A stretch of DNA of 64,000 nt, taken from positions 496,001 to 560,000 of the forward strand of contig JAUFOQ010000006.1 in the NCBI GenBank assembly GCA_040285855.1. Direction: 5' to 3'. The DNA is from Eukaryota sp. GEM-RC1 (Eukaryota). Made by a program: the position numbers and the translations under genes. Positions 49,901-62,015 of the stretch are shown here, one piece after another; within the stretch, counting starts at the first letter, position 1; each line of letters starts with the position of its first letter. The notes below the pieces were generated by a model. That model was not told the origin of the DNA, searched no databases, and saw only the letters and a program-made list of their open reading frames with translations.

Positions 49901-50428
49901 GTAGAAGCTTTCCAGAAGAGTGGCAGCTATTGAAAGGGAATCTTCTTGAAGATGAAGAAGTAGAAAAAAAAGACTCCGTGGGGGTTAGTAAAGTGCAATC
50001 ATTGTGGGATGTTCTGGAACAGGGATTTAAACTCTGGTATCAACATTTACAGGATCGCTGAAGCAGCTATACGTGGTGAGAGCAGACCAATAATTCTTGA
50101 TAGATCGAAATATGAAAAAGATCATGATGAGGATTCAAGTTCTGGTCAAGCCAGAAAGCGAAGAAGCTCCCAAAACAAATGTGGGTTCTGTGGTGAAATC
50201 GGCCATACCAAACCAAAATGTCCCAAAAACACAGAACCAACGATAAGAAAGTGTGGCACTTGTCGAGAACCAGGACACACCAAAAAAAATTGTCCAAACA
50301 AGAAGAATGTTCCAGAGACGGACGCTGGAAGAAAGAGAACAATGAAGTCTGATGAAAGAAGAGGTCAGACATCCACAAGAATTAGCCCGCCTAACAAACG
50401 GTGTGGCAGCGCTGAAGCGTATCTGTGA
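46937..50428 (+). CDS. Fanzor1 RNA-guided endonuclease with N-terminal PolB exonuclease-like domain and two C-terminal CCHC knuckles (~1160 aa after correcting four A-run indels)
   Basis: RuvC-I IIAVDPN (D 49024); FRYT; FRKKRF..Y.NNQRSE; IAFGDWS; TDEYRTSKCCSAC (E 49723); GLVKCNHCGMFWNRDLNSGINI (D 50024); N-lobe motifs ILDY..IKTNYENN, PFP...IPKSIRLDT, TDGISCSVL. Confidence 0.92.
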
Positions 50429-50493
50429 AGTAAGTAGTGGAGAATCATTTGATCGAGGTGCAAATCTGGTCTTATCTAGATCTAGATCTAGAT
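50361..50493 (+). ncRNA. Candidate Fanzor omegaRNA (scaffold plus putative guide)
   Basis: Expected position overlapping the ORF 3' end; 9-bp stem 50361-50369/50465-50473 (3 G-U) enclosing CCACA/TGTGG, TTAG/CTAA and CGC-TGAA-GCG stems; by-eye fold only. Confidence 0.35.
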
Positions 50494-50554
50494 GCATTCA
50501 AAATGAAAACCACAGTCCCAACTTTTGTCCAACCAATTCAAACCATCTTCACTT

Positions 50555-52199
50555 ATGTCTGTTTCTCTCTTTGGAAGCCGTACTTCTGGCGCTGAATTAC
50601 GTAATCAAAATGGTAAGGTCTTCTTGTTCCCATCTCATTAAAGTCACTGCCGCACTTGCAATTGCTAACATCGTCAAAACTTCTCTCGGTCCTTCCGGTC
50701 TAGATAAAATGATCGTTGATAATGTTGGAGATGTCATCATCAGCAACGATGGTGCTACGATCCTTAAACAAATCGAAGTAGAACACCCAGCAGCAAAGAT
50801 CCTTGTTGAGCTTAGTGATATGCAAGACAAAGAAGTTGGAGATGGGACCACATCTGTCGTCATCATGGCTTCTGAACTTCTCAAAAGAGCTAACCAAATG
50901 ATCCAGCAAAAGATTCACCCAACCTCTATCATGGCAGGTTATCGGGCTGCTTGTCGCCGCGCCGTTCAATTCTGCTCCAAAAATGTTGCTGTCGCCGTCA
51001 CTGAAGACGATAAGGACATCCTCCGCAACATCGTCAGGACAACTCTCTCTTCCAAGATCGCAGGGGTTTCAATGGAACTCTTCCGAACCATCCTCGTTGA
51101 CGCTATTCTCTCCGTTAAAACCTACAACGAACGCGGTGAACCCCGATTCCCCGTAAAAGCCATCAACATCATGAAAGCCCACGGACGATCAGTCGCCGAC
51201 TCTACTTTAATCAAGGGTATTGCTCTTAACTGTGTACGTGCATCTGACGCTATGCCACGTCACTTGAAGGACATTAAGATTGCCTGCCTCGACTTTTCTC
51301 TCCAACGTTTGAGATTAAAGATGGGTATTCAAGTAATCATTGACGATCCTTCTAAACTCGAAGGTGTACGTGAACGCGAAGTTCAAATTGTGAAGGAACG
51401 CATTGAAAAGATCTTGGCCGCTGGAGCAAACGTTATTCTATGCACGGGTGGTATCGACGATACTTCAATGAAGTACTTCATTGAGTCTCAAGCCATTGCT
51501 ATCCGTCGTGTAACTAAGGAAGATCTTCGCAGAATTGCTAAAACTACGGGTGCTCAAGTAGTTGTTAACATGGCCGACATGGAAGGAGAAGAAGTCTTTG
51601 AGAAGGAATGGTTAGGATCAGCTAAGGAGATTGAGCAGGTTCGTATTGCTGATGATGAGTGTATCATGATCAGAGAGCCAGCTAAGTCTTCTGCTTGTTC
51701 CATCCTTTTACGTGGACCTAACGAGCAAATGTTGGACGAGATTGATCGTTCAGTGCATGATGCTTTGTGTGCTCTACGTCGAGCTTTGGAGTCTAAGAAG
51801 ATTGTTCCTGGGGGTGGGTGTGTTGAAGCTGCTCTGTCTATTCATTTAGAACAAATAGCTCATGAAATGAGTACTAGGGAGCAAGTGGCTGTCATGGAGT
51901 TTGCTGAGGCTCTTTTGGTTATTCCCAAGCAATTAGCTTCTAATTCTGCTTTGGATACCATTGAGCTTGTGGCTAAACTAAAGGCTGTTCATCATTTATC
52001 ACAAACCGATGAGTCTAAAGCTGATTATAGGTTTTATGGACTTGATTTGCGTAACGGAACTCTGAGAAACAATCTTGAACATGGAGTTTTGGAGCCCGCT
52101 TTGGTTAAGCTCAAGGCTTTACAATTTGCTACTGAAGCATGTATTTCTATTCTTCGCATAGATGATATGATTAAACTTGAAAAATTGGAACAACAGTAA
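50555..52199 (+). CDS. TCP1: Chaperonin CCT subunit alpha; 31-nt intron 50613-50643
   Basis: MSVSLFGSRTSGAELRNQN|VTAALAIANIVKTSLGPSGLDKM, EVGDGTTSVV, IHPTSIMAGY, FATEACISILRIDDMIKL. Confidence 0.97.
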
Positions 52200-52517
52200 A
52201 TATCATTTTATAAACAATTGTTTTGCTTTTTACTACATTAATAAATATAAATGCGTTTAATTTTAAACAAGAGATCATGAAACTCTCATACAATGCCAAA
52301 AACATAACAAGAGCTTCACATCCAAAGTAATTTGTTGTGTTCTATTTCTGTCACTTCTATTCCAGGACCTACTACAACTACAGTCTTTGTAAACTGTCAA
52401 CTACATGTAGGAACAATAAAGTAGGAACATCAAAGTAAGGCACAATATCTGAAATGAAGACCAAATTGGGAGCAACAAGAAACAATTAATAAACCAAAAC
52501 GTCAAGAACTAAGGAAA

Positions 52518-55500
52518 TCAGATTGAAAGTCGCTCTTTTAACAGTTTGGCAACAATTGGTGTTGCTTTACCAACAGTATCGAATTGTTCCTGTGAATGTG
52601 GATTCCTGAATTTAAAATATTGTCTAAAAATCGCCAAAAACGTCAAATCATTCGATCTGCTTAATTGTTGACAGAAATAAGCCAGAAAAACAGCTGACAA
52701 GTACCGTTCCTCACTTCTTAAATCCTCAAGTCTAATAGCAGCAAGTTGCTCAAACAAAAAGTCTTGGGACTTCTTCTGAATCCACATGAATTTTGAACCA
52801 CTAGCCAGAGCTAAAAGACCTCTGTAATCACGTAATCTAACAAAGCACTGATACAACAGATACTGTAGATTAAATTCGGAGAAAAACTCATTAATTCCAG
52901 CTGGTTCAACAGTATCCACAAGACTTTTAGAACCAACAAATGTCAATCGTGGTGCTGTCTTAGTATGATTAGACACAGATGCAATCGAGCTCACGGTCTG
53001 CCTTAGAATCACGATTCCAGATGGAAAAAGATTAATCATAATTAACTTGAGCACAACAGTTTTAACATAGAAACTGAAACAACTTTCTTCATTAGTTAGA
53101 ATATTTCTGATATCTGGAAACTCTTCTAAGAATCTAGTCGTAGTTACTGAAGGATTATCATTCAGAAACAAGAGAACTGACCTTAAAAAGAGAAGAACGG
53201 GGTCAATAAAGCTTAAATCTAAGAAATTTAAATATTTGTCTAATGGAGAACGTTCGGCTGGTGTTAGTACTAAGGAGAAACTCGTGATCAGTAGAAACAA
53301 CCAATAAGAAAACTTCCTAAATGAAACAAGAGTCTTGACATTGGGATCATTCTTATAATCAGATTTAAAATATTCAATCAGAGGGTCAACAATCACAGCT
53401 AAAATATCCAAAAAGTTAGAATTTGGCAGAGCAAGGAACGGAAGAAGTCCTACGAAGTCCTCAATCACGATTCCACAGTTTCCAGACGGTTTATTACTCC
53501 ATGGCAAGAGATACGTTCGTTTGTGAAGTGATAATAGCCAAATGCAGTTTGCTTCAAAGCTTGAAACCAGGCAGTTAACGTCATCTTTTAAAAATCTGCA
53601 ATCAAGATTTGATTTCGCAATAATGTTCAAGATTGTTTTTGATAGAGAAAAATACTTTGCGAAACCGGAAACTCCTAAATCATGATGTTCAAATGATTGC
53701 TGATTGAAACTTCTACTTTTGGAAAAAAGAAACAACTGTGAAGCTGCACGGTCAAACAGACGGTAGAAGTAGTGGGTTACAAGATTGAGAAGTCGTAACC
53801 AAAAATTTAAATTATTTGGAAAATGAGATATAGCAGTTATAGCCGAGGTATACGCACTCTCAAAGTTAGATTGAAGCTCTGCAGATATCATATAAACACA
53901 TGCAATGTTAATGTTTTGGTCAATTGAATTCAGAGGAAAACTAAGCTCAGAATCTCCACTTAAGCCAATCATGAGCTTGTTATAAATACCCTCACTTCCA
54001 CGTGATGGTGATCTCTTCTTGATTGAAGCAATGACATTATCAATCAAAAATGATAAACGCTCCGTTTTCATTGTTGATTTAGATATAGTTGACTGTGTGA
54101 TTGATGACGTGCACTGATTGAGTGTACGTGATAGGTATTTGATGACAGAATCAAGAAGCAGTCGATGAAGGAAATCCGAATGATGGGAAGGTTCCAAACC
54201 AAAATCATCAGAATAAATATCATTTTTAAATACTTCACAATTAGCGAGGAAAGAATAAAAAACAAGACAATCACGGGAACAAATTCTAAATTTCAAGGAA
54301 TATTCTAATAGTGTATCCACTAAAGTTTTAAAATTTGGTGGTAGATCAACGTCTGGTTTCTTAAAACGACAACAATCAATCAATAAACGTGATGTTAGGT
54401 CAAAAGGGAAAGTCTATTCTTTGGTCCTAGAGTAGGCAATAGAAAACAAAATAATTGGGAAAATTTAGAAATTAAGGAGATCCAATTATCTGTCCGTTCA
54501 GCAGCAAAATTGTATAAAGAAAATCCCAGCCATTGTGTAAGATATTTGCTATTTTTAAAATTCTTGAAATTTGGAATAAATGATTGTCCAACTGGCAGAA
54601 CTGAAAGCGCTTCAGAAGAGGAAGGTTGGAAAATCAATGAGAAACAACAAACAAAATCAATCAAAACTTGATTGCGTATCATTGGACGGGAAAGATTGCC
54701 AAGACTGTCATGGAAAAAAGACAGCAACTCAGAGGGTGGATAATTAAAAAATAGGGAAAAGAATTTACACAATATTGAATAATCAGGAGCGTTATCAGGA
54801 GAAAGTTGAGCGAGAAACAATAGAATTGAGCTTGATAACGATTTGATTGAAGTTGAGTTAAATTTTGAAAAATAGGATAATAATTCAACAACTTGTTTTC
54901 CAGTATAACCCGATATTAAACTGAAATGAGGTAAAAATTCCAATTTGTCGTTATCCAATTGACTTAAGTTATTTAAAATATTTAATATATTCAAATTAGT
55001 TGGATGGAAAACAAATGTTAGTCCAACGGAAAGCATTAGTCGTAATTTTGAAAACGGGCAATCCGTTTTTCCATCAAATGCATGATAATTTTGAAAAATT
55101 TTGAAGGGAATTTCTGTAAATTTGGCTAAATTCTTTAAATTTTTAAATTCTGTTGTACTAAAATCAGATAATAAGGATATTACAGCACAATCAGAAAGCA
55201 TAAGACCAGTCACTGGAAATTCAAAGACCAAGAGATCAATCACTGAATGATGACAGTCAAGAAACCCATCAATCACAGTCAGAATGGCTCCCAGACACTT
55301 TCGGCCTAAACTTGATCTCTTTTCCATTGCCTTCCAAATTGAGTGATTAATGAAGCTCAACATTGCCAATAACAGTGATTTACCATGGTAAACGTCATCA
55401 AATTCACAAAACTGACTTCCATCAAAGAAATCATCTTGAGTTAAGAACGATTGTGAATCCTCCTCAAACGAATCAGGCAAGTCAAAAACATCAACAATCA

Positions 55501-56157
55501 ACTCAACAGTCGAAATCACTTTCTTTGGTATCACATCACCTTCAAGAGAAGTCTTAGAAATCTTTAAAGGTCTTTCCAAGTTCGTTCTTTTACTCAATCT
55601 CTTAGTTCTACGTACTTGGGAGGAATCCTGAGAGGAATCTACCTGTGAAGAAGAAGAAGATGGGAAGTAGAGAAGGCATGAAGAGTGAGATGAAGAAGTG
55701 AAGAAGTCGAAAAGAGATGATGGTGAGTGATAGTTAGCTATTGATAAAGGGGAAATAGTAGAAGCGGTGGAGTTGAGAGACTTTATGGATGCCACTGAGG
55801 GCTTTGGTAATCCATTGGAAAGATATTGGTGGAAAAAAGGAGGAAACGATGTGAGTAATGGTAGCAGAAATTGTTTACTGTAGATTGTGTTACTATCAAG
55901 TTGTAGTAATTGAAAAGATAGGAAACGAGAGTTCTGTTTGTGAAAGATGATAAATTGGATTGCAACTTTGTGGTAAAAAATTTAAGAAATAGACGAGGAC
56001 AAACATCATGAGGTTTAGAAGGGTTATTCAAGAATGAGATGAAAGCAACTATTGCAGAAGCTAATTCCTCATCAGATGAAAATGTTGGAGTATTGGAAAG
56101 TAGAACCATCTGTGCTTCAGTAAACTGTCCATTAATTATTAAGTCAGTAAAAGACAT
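52518..56157 (-). CDS. Large hypothetical helical protein (~1200 aa; three ORFs probably one gene)
   Basis: Abutting same-strand ORFs of 124, 466 and 621 aa with uniform L/F/S-rich composition. Confidence 0.6.
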
Positions 56158-56248
56158 TTACCCGAAGGAAAAGTTCAAGAGATGGATATGGTTAATTGGT
56201 GAGAATCTGAATTTCAAAAGAAAAAGAACATGTATTTGACTTCATCAA

Positions 56249-57380
56249 ATGGGTCACATTATAGACTTTCTAGATGTTCCTCCTTCATCACATTCTTCTT
56301 CTGTTGGAGATTCCCATTCACATGTTCTTTTCCTTGGAATGTCAAAGTCTGGTAAATCCACCCTCAAGTCTCTAATTTCTTCATCCACACAAATGAAATC
56401 TGCATTTGGTTTAGATTATTCAGTGTCGCGTAAGGCCATAATGAATACTGTTCATAAAACCCACTTTTGGGAATTTGGTTTCTCAGCTTCATCCAAAAGT
56501 GACTACGACCTTCTACATACTCTTTTGTCCAGAACAATTACTCCGGACAATCTCCTGAATCTCAGTGTGGTAATCACATTTACTCTTCCTGATCTAAATG
56601 CCTCTGAATCTAATACCGCTGCTTCTCCAAAACCTCTTTTCAACCTCATTCGTCTTCTTCATCTAGTCAAAACTCGCATTCGATCAGTTACAAAGTCTCT
56701 TTCGGATGACCAAAAGAAGATTCTATCTGACCGTATACACCGTGGCCCTTCCTACTGGTACTCCCCTCCTCCCCCTCCCAAGGTCCCCTGAAACAGACAA
56801 CTGTGGGATCCCCATCTTTCTCATTGGTTCTTTCTTCCTTCCCTTTGACTCAGTTGTTGGTTCTCCCCGTACAGCTCTTGTTAGATCCTACCGATACCTA
56901 GCCCACACTGAAGGCTGCTCGCTCTTCTTTTGTGACTTCTTTCCCGAGTCTCATCAAGAGCTTCAGACCAATGTTTCTGTCTTAGCCCACACTCTCAAAG
57001 CTCTAATCTCTGGAAGAACTGTAAGACCAGTGAAATCTATTCTAAGTGACGATAGTCCTGTGTTAGTTTTGAGTGGGTCTGATTCGATGTCTGAGATTGG
57101 TACGATTAGTGATTCAAGTCTTGCCGAATCTGCTAGGAAAGAGCTCAGAAACTCGTTGCCTTGGAATGATGGCTTACGTAATTGGATTGGTGGATTAATG
57201 AACATATTTAGTGGATATCAGAATAGTTTTTCTAAAGGGGAAGTAGCTGTTCCTTTGGAAATGTTGGATGATGTTCCAGAACAATTTAAAATATCGCAAA
57301 AAGGTGTCGATGACCGGATACGGGTGTTTTTGAGTGATTTAAAGGATCAAATAGGGTTTGATTCTGTAGTTATTGGATGA
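56249..57380 (+). CDS. DYNC2LI1: Cytoplasmic dynein-2 light intermediate chain
   Basis: P-loop GMSKSGKSTL, GLDYS..R, HFWEFG, IPIFLIG, RYLAH..G, GSDS..IG; indel near 56745. Confidence 0.75.
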
Positions 57381-57836
57381 TTGGAGTAGTTTATTTGATC
57401 CTTCTCTTTTTAATTTATTTAAATGTGAATCTTTGTATTTTATTGTTGTATTTGTAAAGTTTCTATCCTTTTTTTTGTTTGAACCGTTAATTTGTAGAGT
57501 ATAATCTCCCCGATTTGCACTCCTCACAATGCTAAGTTACTTTTACTACCATCACATATAGTGTATAAAGTTTGTTTTTGATTAGACTCCCATGTCTCAC
57601 TCATTATCTCTACTTGGTGATTACTTAACATTTCGAAAACTTTAAAGTAGGAAAGATAAGTTCAGATAGAGCTGTTAAACGGTTCGGCTCAAGCCGTAAA
57701 CCGAACCAGTTTGGAATTTTACAAGCCAAACCATTCTGCTCAAATTGTTGATTGCTCTAAGTGCAGATCAATAAAACTCACATGAACTGAACTAATTAAC
57801 ATTCGTACTTTCAATCCATTTTCATCATCTCCAATT

Positions 57837-58330
57837 ATGACTGATTCATTTTCTGAAGACCAAGTCCATGAATTACAAGAAGCATTCGAACTTTTCGATG
57901 GTGATGGTGATGGTTCTATCAACACAAAAGAATTACGATCCGCCATGCGTTGCTTGGGTTTGTGAACAATTTTGGCTCATTGTCAGGACAAGACCTTACT
58001 GAGGATCAACTCGATGGTTTATTAAACAAGGTTCAGGTTAAGGAAAATGAAACCATAGACTTTCGACAATTTATGACTATAATGGCTATCAGAATGGATG
58101 ATGATGATGCAGATGATGATCTTAGCGCCGTTCTCAGTGTCTTTGAACATAAGGGCTCTGTCACTTTTGCGGAACTCAAAAGGCCATGCAACTTCTTGGA
58201 CACACGTTCTCGTATGTTTTTACATCTAACTTTTACTTCAGTGATGAAGAAATTCACGAATTGGTAAGACAATACCAGACTTAGTTCTTTTTTCATTACA
58301 CATCGTGTACATTGATCTACACTAAAACTG
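57837..58330 (+). CDS. Calmodulin/centrin-like EF-hand protein; introns 57958-57986 and 58212-58241; 3' end uncertain
   Basis: [49 protein letters not shown]. Confidence 0.85.
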
Positions 58331-58934
58331 TGACGAAATCTTAACATTTCAATAACGGTAATAAATTGTGAGGCTGACTAAATTGAACAATTTACCAATC
58401 AAGATTGACTATAAATTACCTGTTGCCTCTACTTTGTATCTATCCTCCAGACTTATATGTATGAGACATGTGGTAAGTCGAAGTGTATGGAATAATGGAA
58501 TTGGTTCCTATTAAAATCTGTGGCCTAAACGACCGCTTCTCTCTCTTCGAGTTCCTAGTTCTCTTGGCAACAGGTGTTTTACTAGACAGTTCTGAGCTAG
58601 ATACTCTAGTAAGACGGAAAAGCTTCCTAGGTTTGTGGACTTCACTATCAATACTTTCTAATTTAATAAACGACACAATAAACTTTGGTATTGGAAATAT
58701 CCTTGCTGGGAACTGATGAAGTGTCACCACGGTACCACAACACAGTACAGTGTTCACCATCGGGAGTATCAAAGCGGTCAAGTATATCAAGGACGATATG
58801 TTCTTGGGAATGACCTGATTCAAAAGCCTTATGGAAATTGGAGTCGTCGGGTAATTCTGAGAGACAGATCTTACATACGTAGACAGAAAGAAATTTCATA
58901 AAAATAAAATAAAAAAATATAAATTTATATTTCA

Positions 58935-59621
58935 ATTTTTTGTAATATTGGTCCAGCCGGTTTGAAGTTTTTCAGTGATTTTAGTCTTTCATGTCGTTCT
59001 AATGGCAAGGTGTTCAATAGCGCTGTATGGATTAATCGAATTATGTTCGCTCATTATAGAAGCATTGTCAAATATTTATGTTCTATATAATCGAAGTTGT
59101 ATAGGGACAATTCTCGTGTTGATGTGGAGGATTTAACTTCTTTCATTTTCTGAATTAGTATTTGTTAATTTATTGTTGTAAAAAACTCTTAATAAGTATT
59201 TATTTTACAGTGTCAGTGGATGTTTGTAAAAGACATCTTTGAAGAAGAACGCTTCGTCTAAAACTTCTCCTTTAGACATTTCTGAACAGGCCAAACAGAA
59301 TAAGTACAAGAAACCATTGATGGCTTCCAAAAAATGTAAAATATGTTGAGTACGAATTATGCCTCTTTGCTGTTTCCAATTTACGGACGTGTAGGAAAAA
59401 GTGCATTGAATTTCTTTAAAGACTTCGGAAACATCGTTAAAAATAGGATGAGCAAACGTTTTGATCATATTTTATGGTTGAGTCGGATCGTTTTTACTGT
59501 TTTTGAAACAGTTCCCCTAATCATCTACAAAGCTATATTAGCAGTAAGTTCCTTTTATGAGGACAAAGCTATTGTAAAGTTTGATAGCGACGGGTGTTGT
59601 TTTAATGATATCAAATTTTAG
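58935..59621 (+). mobile_element. Two tandem CRE-like LINE 3' fragments
   Basis: IGPAGLKFFSDF..WINRIMF and SEQAKQNKY..GRVGKSALNFFKDF..WLSRIVF match the CRE C-terminus. Confidence 0.7.
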
Positions 59622-60335
59622 TTGTTTGATCTATTACATTTATAATAAAGATGTCATTTTAGTCATTTATGCCAAAAAAATTATATTTATTCTCTTCTTT
59701 CTGTTGACATGACCAGTAATCGGATACCTGATTGACATTGATGAATGAAAATCAACTGACGTTACCAGGAATGGTCCAGCATAACTACCATGTAGCTTAA
59801 ATGTCTTTGTCTTCTGCAGTACGATATGACATATCTTGAACAGGTTACTTTTGTTGTTTTCACGAGGGGGCTTACTTGTTTGAGGAGTTTCTGCCTGTTA
59901 TCGCTTATTGGTTAGTCTTTTGAGTTATAGAGCGATATATTTTACGAGTTGAATCTCAGAGCGACTTTGTCCAAATGCATTTAGTATGTTTCCTGGAATT
60001 GTGTAACCAAAGAAACAAAATCCCAAAATATCAAACACTAAACCACATCATCCTAACAGAACTACACTGTAACATTGCTAGTAGTATCAATTATATCCAT
60101 ATTATTTTGTCTATGATGTTCCTTGATATCTTCTCCTTTTTCCTCACGCATAATAAATAAACACTATTATAACAAATTATCAAACTAACTACCTAATTCC
60201 GAAAAGTAGCTGCCTCCAAACAACTTGGACAAAATGGAATCATCGTGTCTTTACATCAGGGCTGTGAAAAAATATTAATATTTAAATAACGGCAATAAAT
60301 TATTCAGTATGTCTATTTTTAAGAACACAGGATAT

Positions 60336-60947
60336 CATACTTGTAAAATACACGAGTTTTCATTTGACAAATACATAAATACATAAAATACAAAGTAAAA
60401 TACAAACATCCACGTCAGTCAATCTTCATCTTCAATTTTCCTGCAGTTGGTGACACCGTATCAAACATTAGTGCATCGTCATGGATCCCCACTAACTCAC
60501 CAATTCCATCGTCTTCAACTTGTACAAATTCCTGATTTTCTTGTTCAACATCAGGAAATTCATAAAATAGGTATAGTTTGGATTGATGGAATAGATTGGG
60601 AAGACAAGTCATGAAGGAGGGTCTGGTGAAAATTATATGTTGAACTTTTTTTGTTTCATTTGTTCATCATCTATTCTGGATTTGACTCTGTGAAATGCAA
60701 TCAGTTCATAAACAAACGATCTCTCAAACCAAAAAAGAACGACAATCTCTATCTAATCGACTCATTTTACATCAAATCTGTGCCAAAAAAGCACTTGGGA
60801 TGTGTGTTTGAAAAATACATAAAATACATAAATACATAAAAAACGGGGTTTATGATCAGTCAGTGAAATAAATGCATTTGCAGAAGTTAATAACTAACAG
60901 ACACTAACTAATACATAAAATACAGAAATCTTTATTTTACAACTATG
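60336..60947. mobile_element. hAT-type MITE (CATAGTTGTA family)
   Basis: TIR CATASTTGTAAAATA; TSD CAGGATAT/AAGGATAT; AAATACAT arrays. Confidence 0.8.
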
Positions 60948-61020
60948 AAGGATATACTAACTTAATGTCCCACATCAATTCACACCACAAAAACTATGAT
61001 GCTGAAATGGCTACTGCAAC

Positions 61021-62015
61021 CAGCCTTCACTAAAGTAGACCAAAATTCAAAATTAAAGCACAGTAAAGTACTTTACTTCACTTTAAGCTTTACTTTACTG
61101 TGATAAATAAAGTTACTTTAAGGACATTAAAGTTGGATCCGATCTCAATTCCTCTCCCATACATTCTCTCCTGAAAATTGAAAATAGATTTCCATGACAT
61201 TCCTTCCTTCCAAACAGCTCCTTCAAATCAGTTCTTCGACTGGCATCCAGCAGAGGAAGTGGTCTTTGTTTTTGAGGATGATGACCAAAAAGTGTCTGAT
61301 GAAGATCTAGAAGAGAATGAAGAAGATGTGGTCCAAGTTGATCCATAGTGAAAATCAGTGTACGGAAAATTTCCACCAGGACGCCACCCGGGTGGTGGGT
61401 GGAACTGGGTGGCGTCTGGGTGGTGTTCACTTCTACCCGGGTGGTCACTGGGTGGCATTAAAGAACGAGACATAAGTTTTGGTGCAATAACTACTTTATA
61501 CAGCATATACGATGAAACTTAAAGTACTTTAGCAGTGTGTGATATAAAATAATCAACAATGAAGAACTTTGTACAGGTTTGGGATTAAAACAACCCTCTG
61601 AAAAATAAATAAATAAGATGATATTAGCGTATCCGAGCCTAGAAATAACTTCCGTTAAAATAATTGTATTCAGGACACGTTGAACAACGAAGTATGTATT
61701 CAAGAAGTCATGGATTGAAGATGATGGTAAGACAAAAATTATCCACCCAATACCACCCAGACGCCACCCGGGTTGTTTTCAAACACTGGTGAAAATGATA
61801 TATTTTTAAGCGCTCACCCATTGCCCGCTCCATATTTACATTCCAGTTTTTGGTGAGTTTCTACAATAAAACATGTACAATAGTGTACTTTTGGTGTCAA
61901 AGAGTTATTTACTGTGCTCAGAAAGCAAAATAAACAAGATTGAGGTTTGTTACTTTAGCGTTCCGAAATATCAAAGTAAAGTCACTTTATCACTTTACAA
62001 CTTTAGTGAAGCCTG
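61021..62015. mobile_element. hAT-like MITE
   Basis: TIR CAGSCTTCACTAAAGT; TACTTT subterminal repeats; TSD degenerate. Confidence 0.7.
61356..61788. mobile_element. Innermost hAT-type MITE with CCACCC subterminal repeats
   Basis: CAGTGT termini; perfect 8-bp TSD GTGAAAAT (61348-61355, 61789-61796). Confidence 0.85.

Noticed and set aside
48960..50010. Programmed ribosomal frameshifting at the Fanzor A-runs
   Set aside because: Similar single-base indels break TRM1, B9D2, EFM4 and Hsp70, and differ between near-identical paralogs, so sequencing error is simpler
45537..50526. Degenerate inverted repeat (AAATGAAAACC.CAG) as TIRs of the Fanzor element
   Set aside because: Both copies sit at the same distance and orientation upstream of host ATGs, the core also precedes Hsp70, and no TSD was found; more likely a promoter motif
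50352..50554. N-terminal extension of CCT1 overlapping Fanzor (615-aa ORF)
   Set aside because: Artefact of a missed 31-nt intron; the conserved start is ATG 50555
423..58330. Alternative genetic code explaining broken ORFs
   Set aside because: Breaks are frame changes or introns, not in-frame stops; TAA, TAG and TGA all end conserved genes
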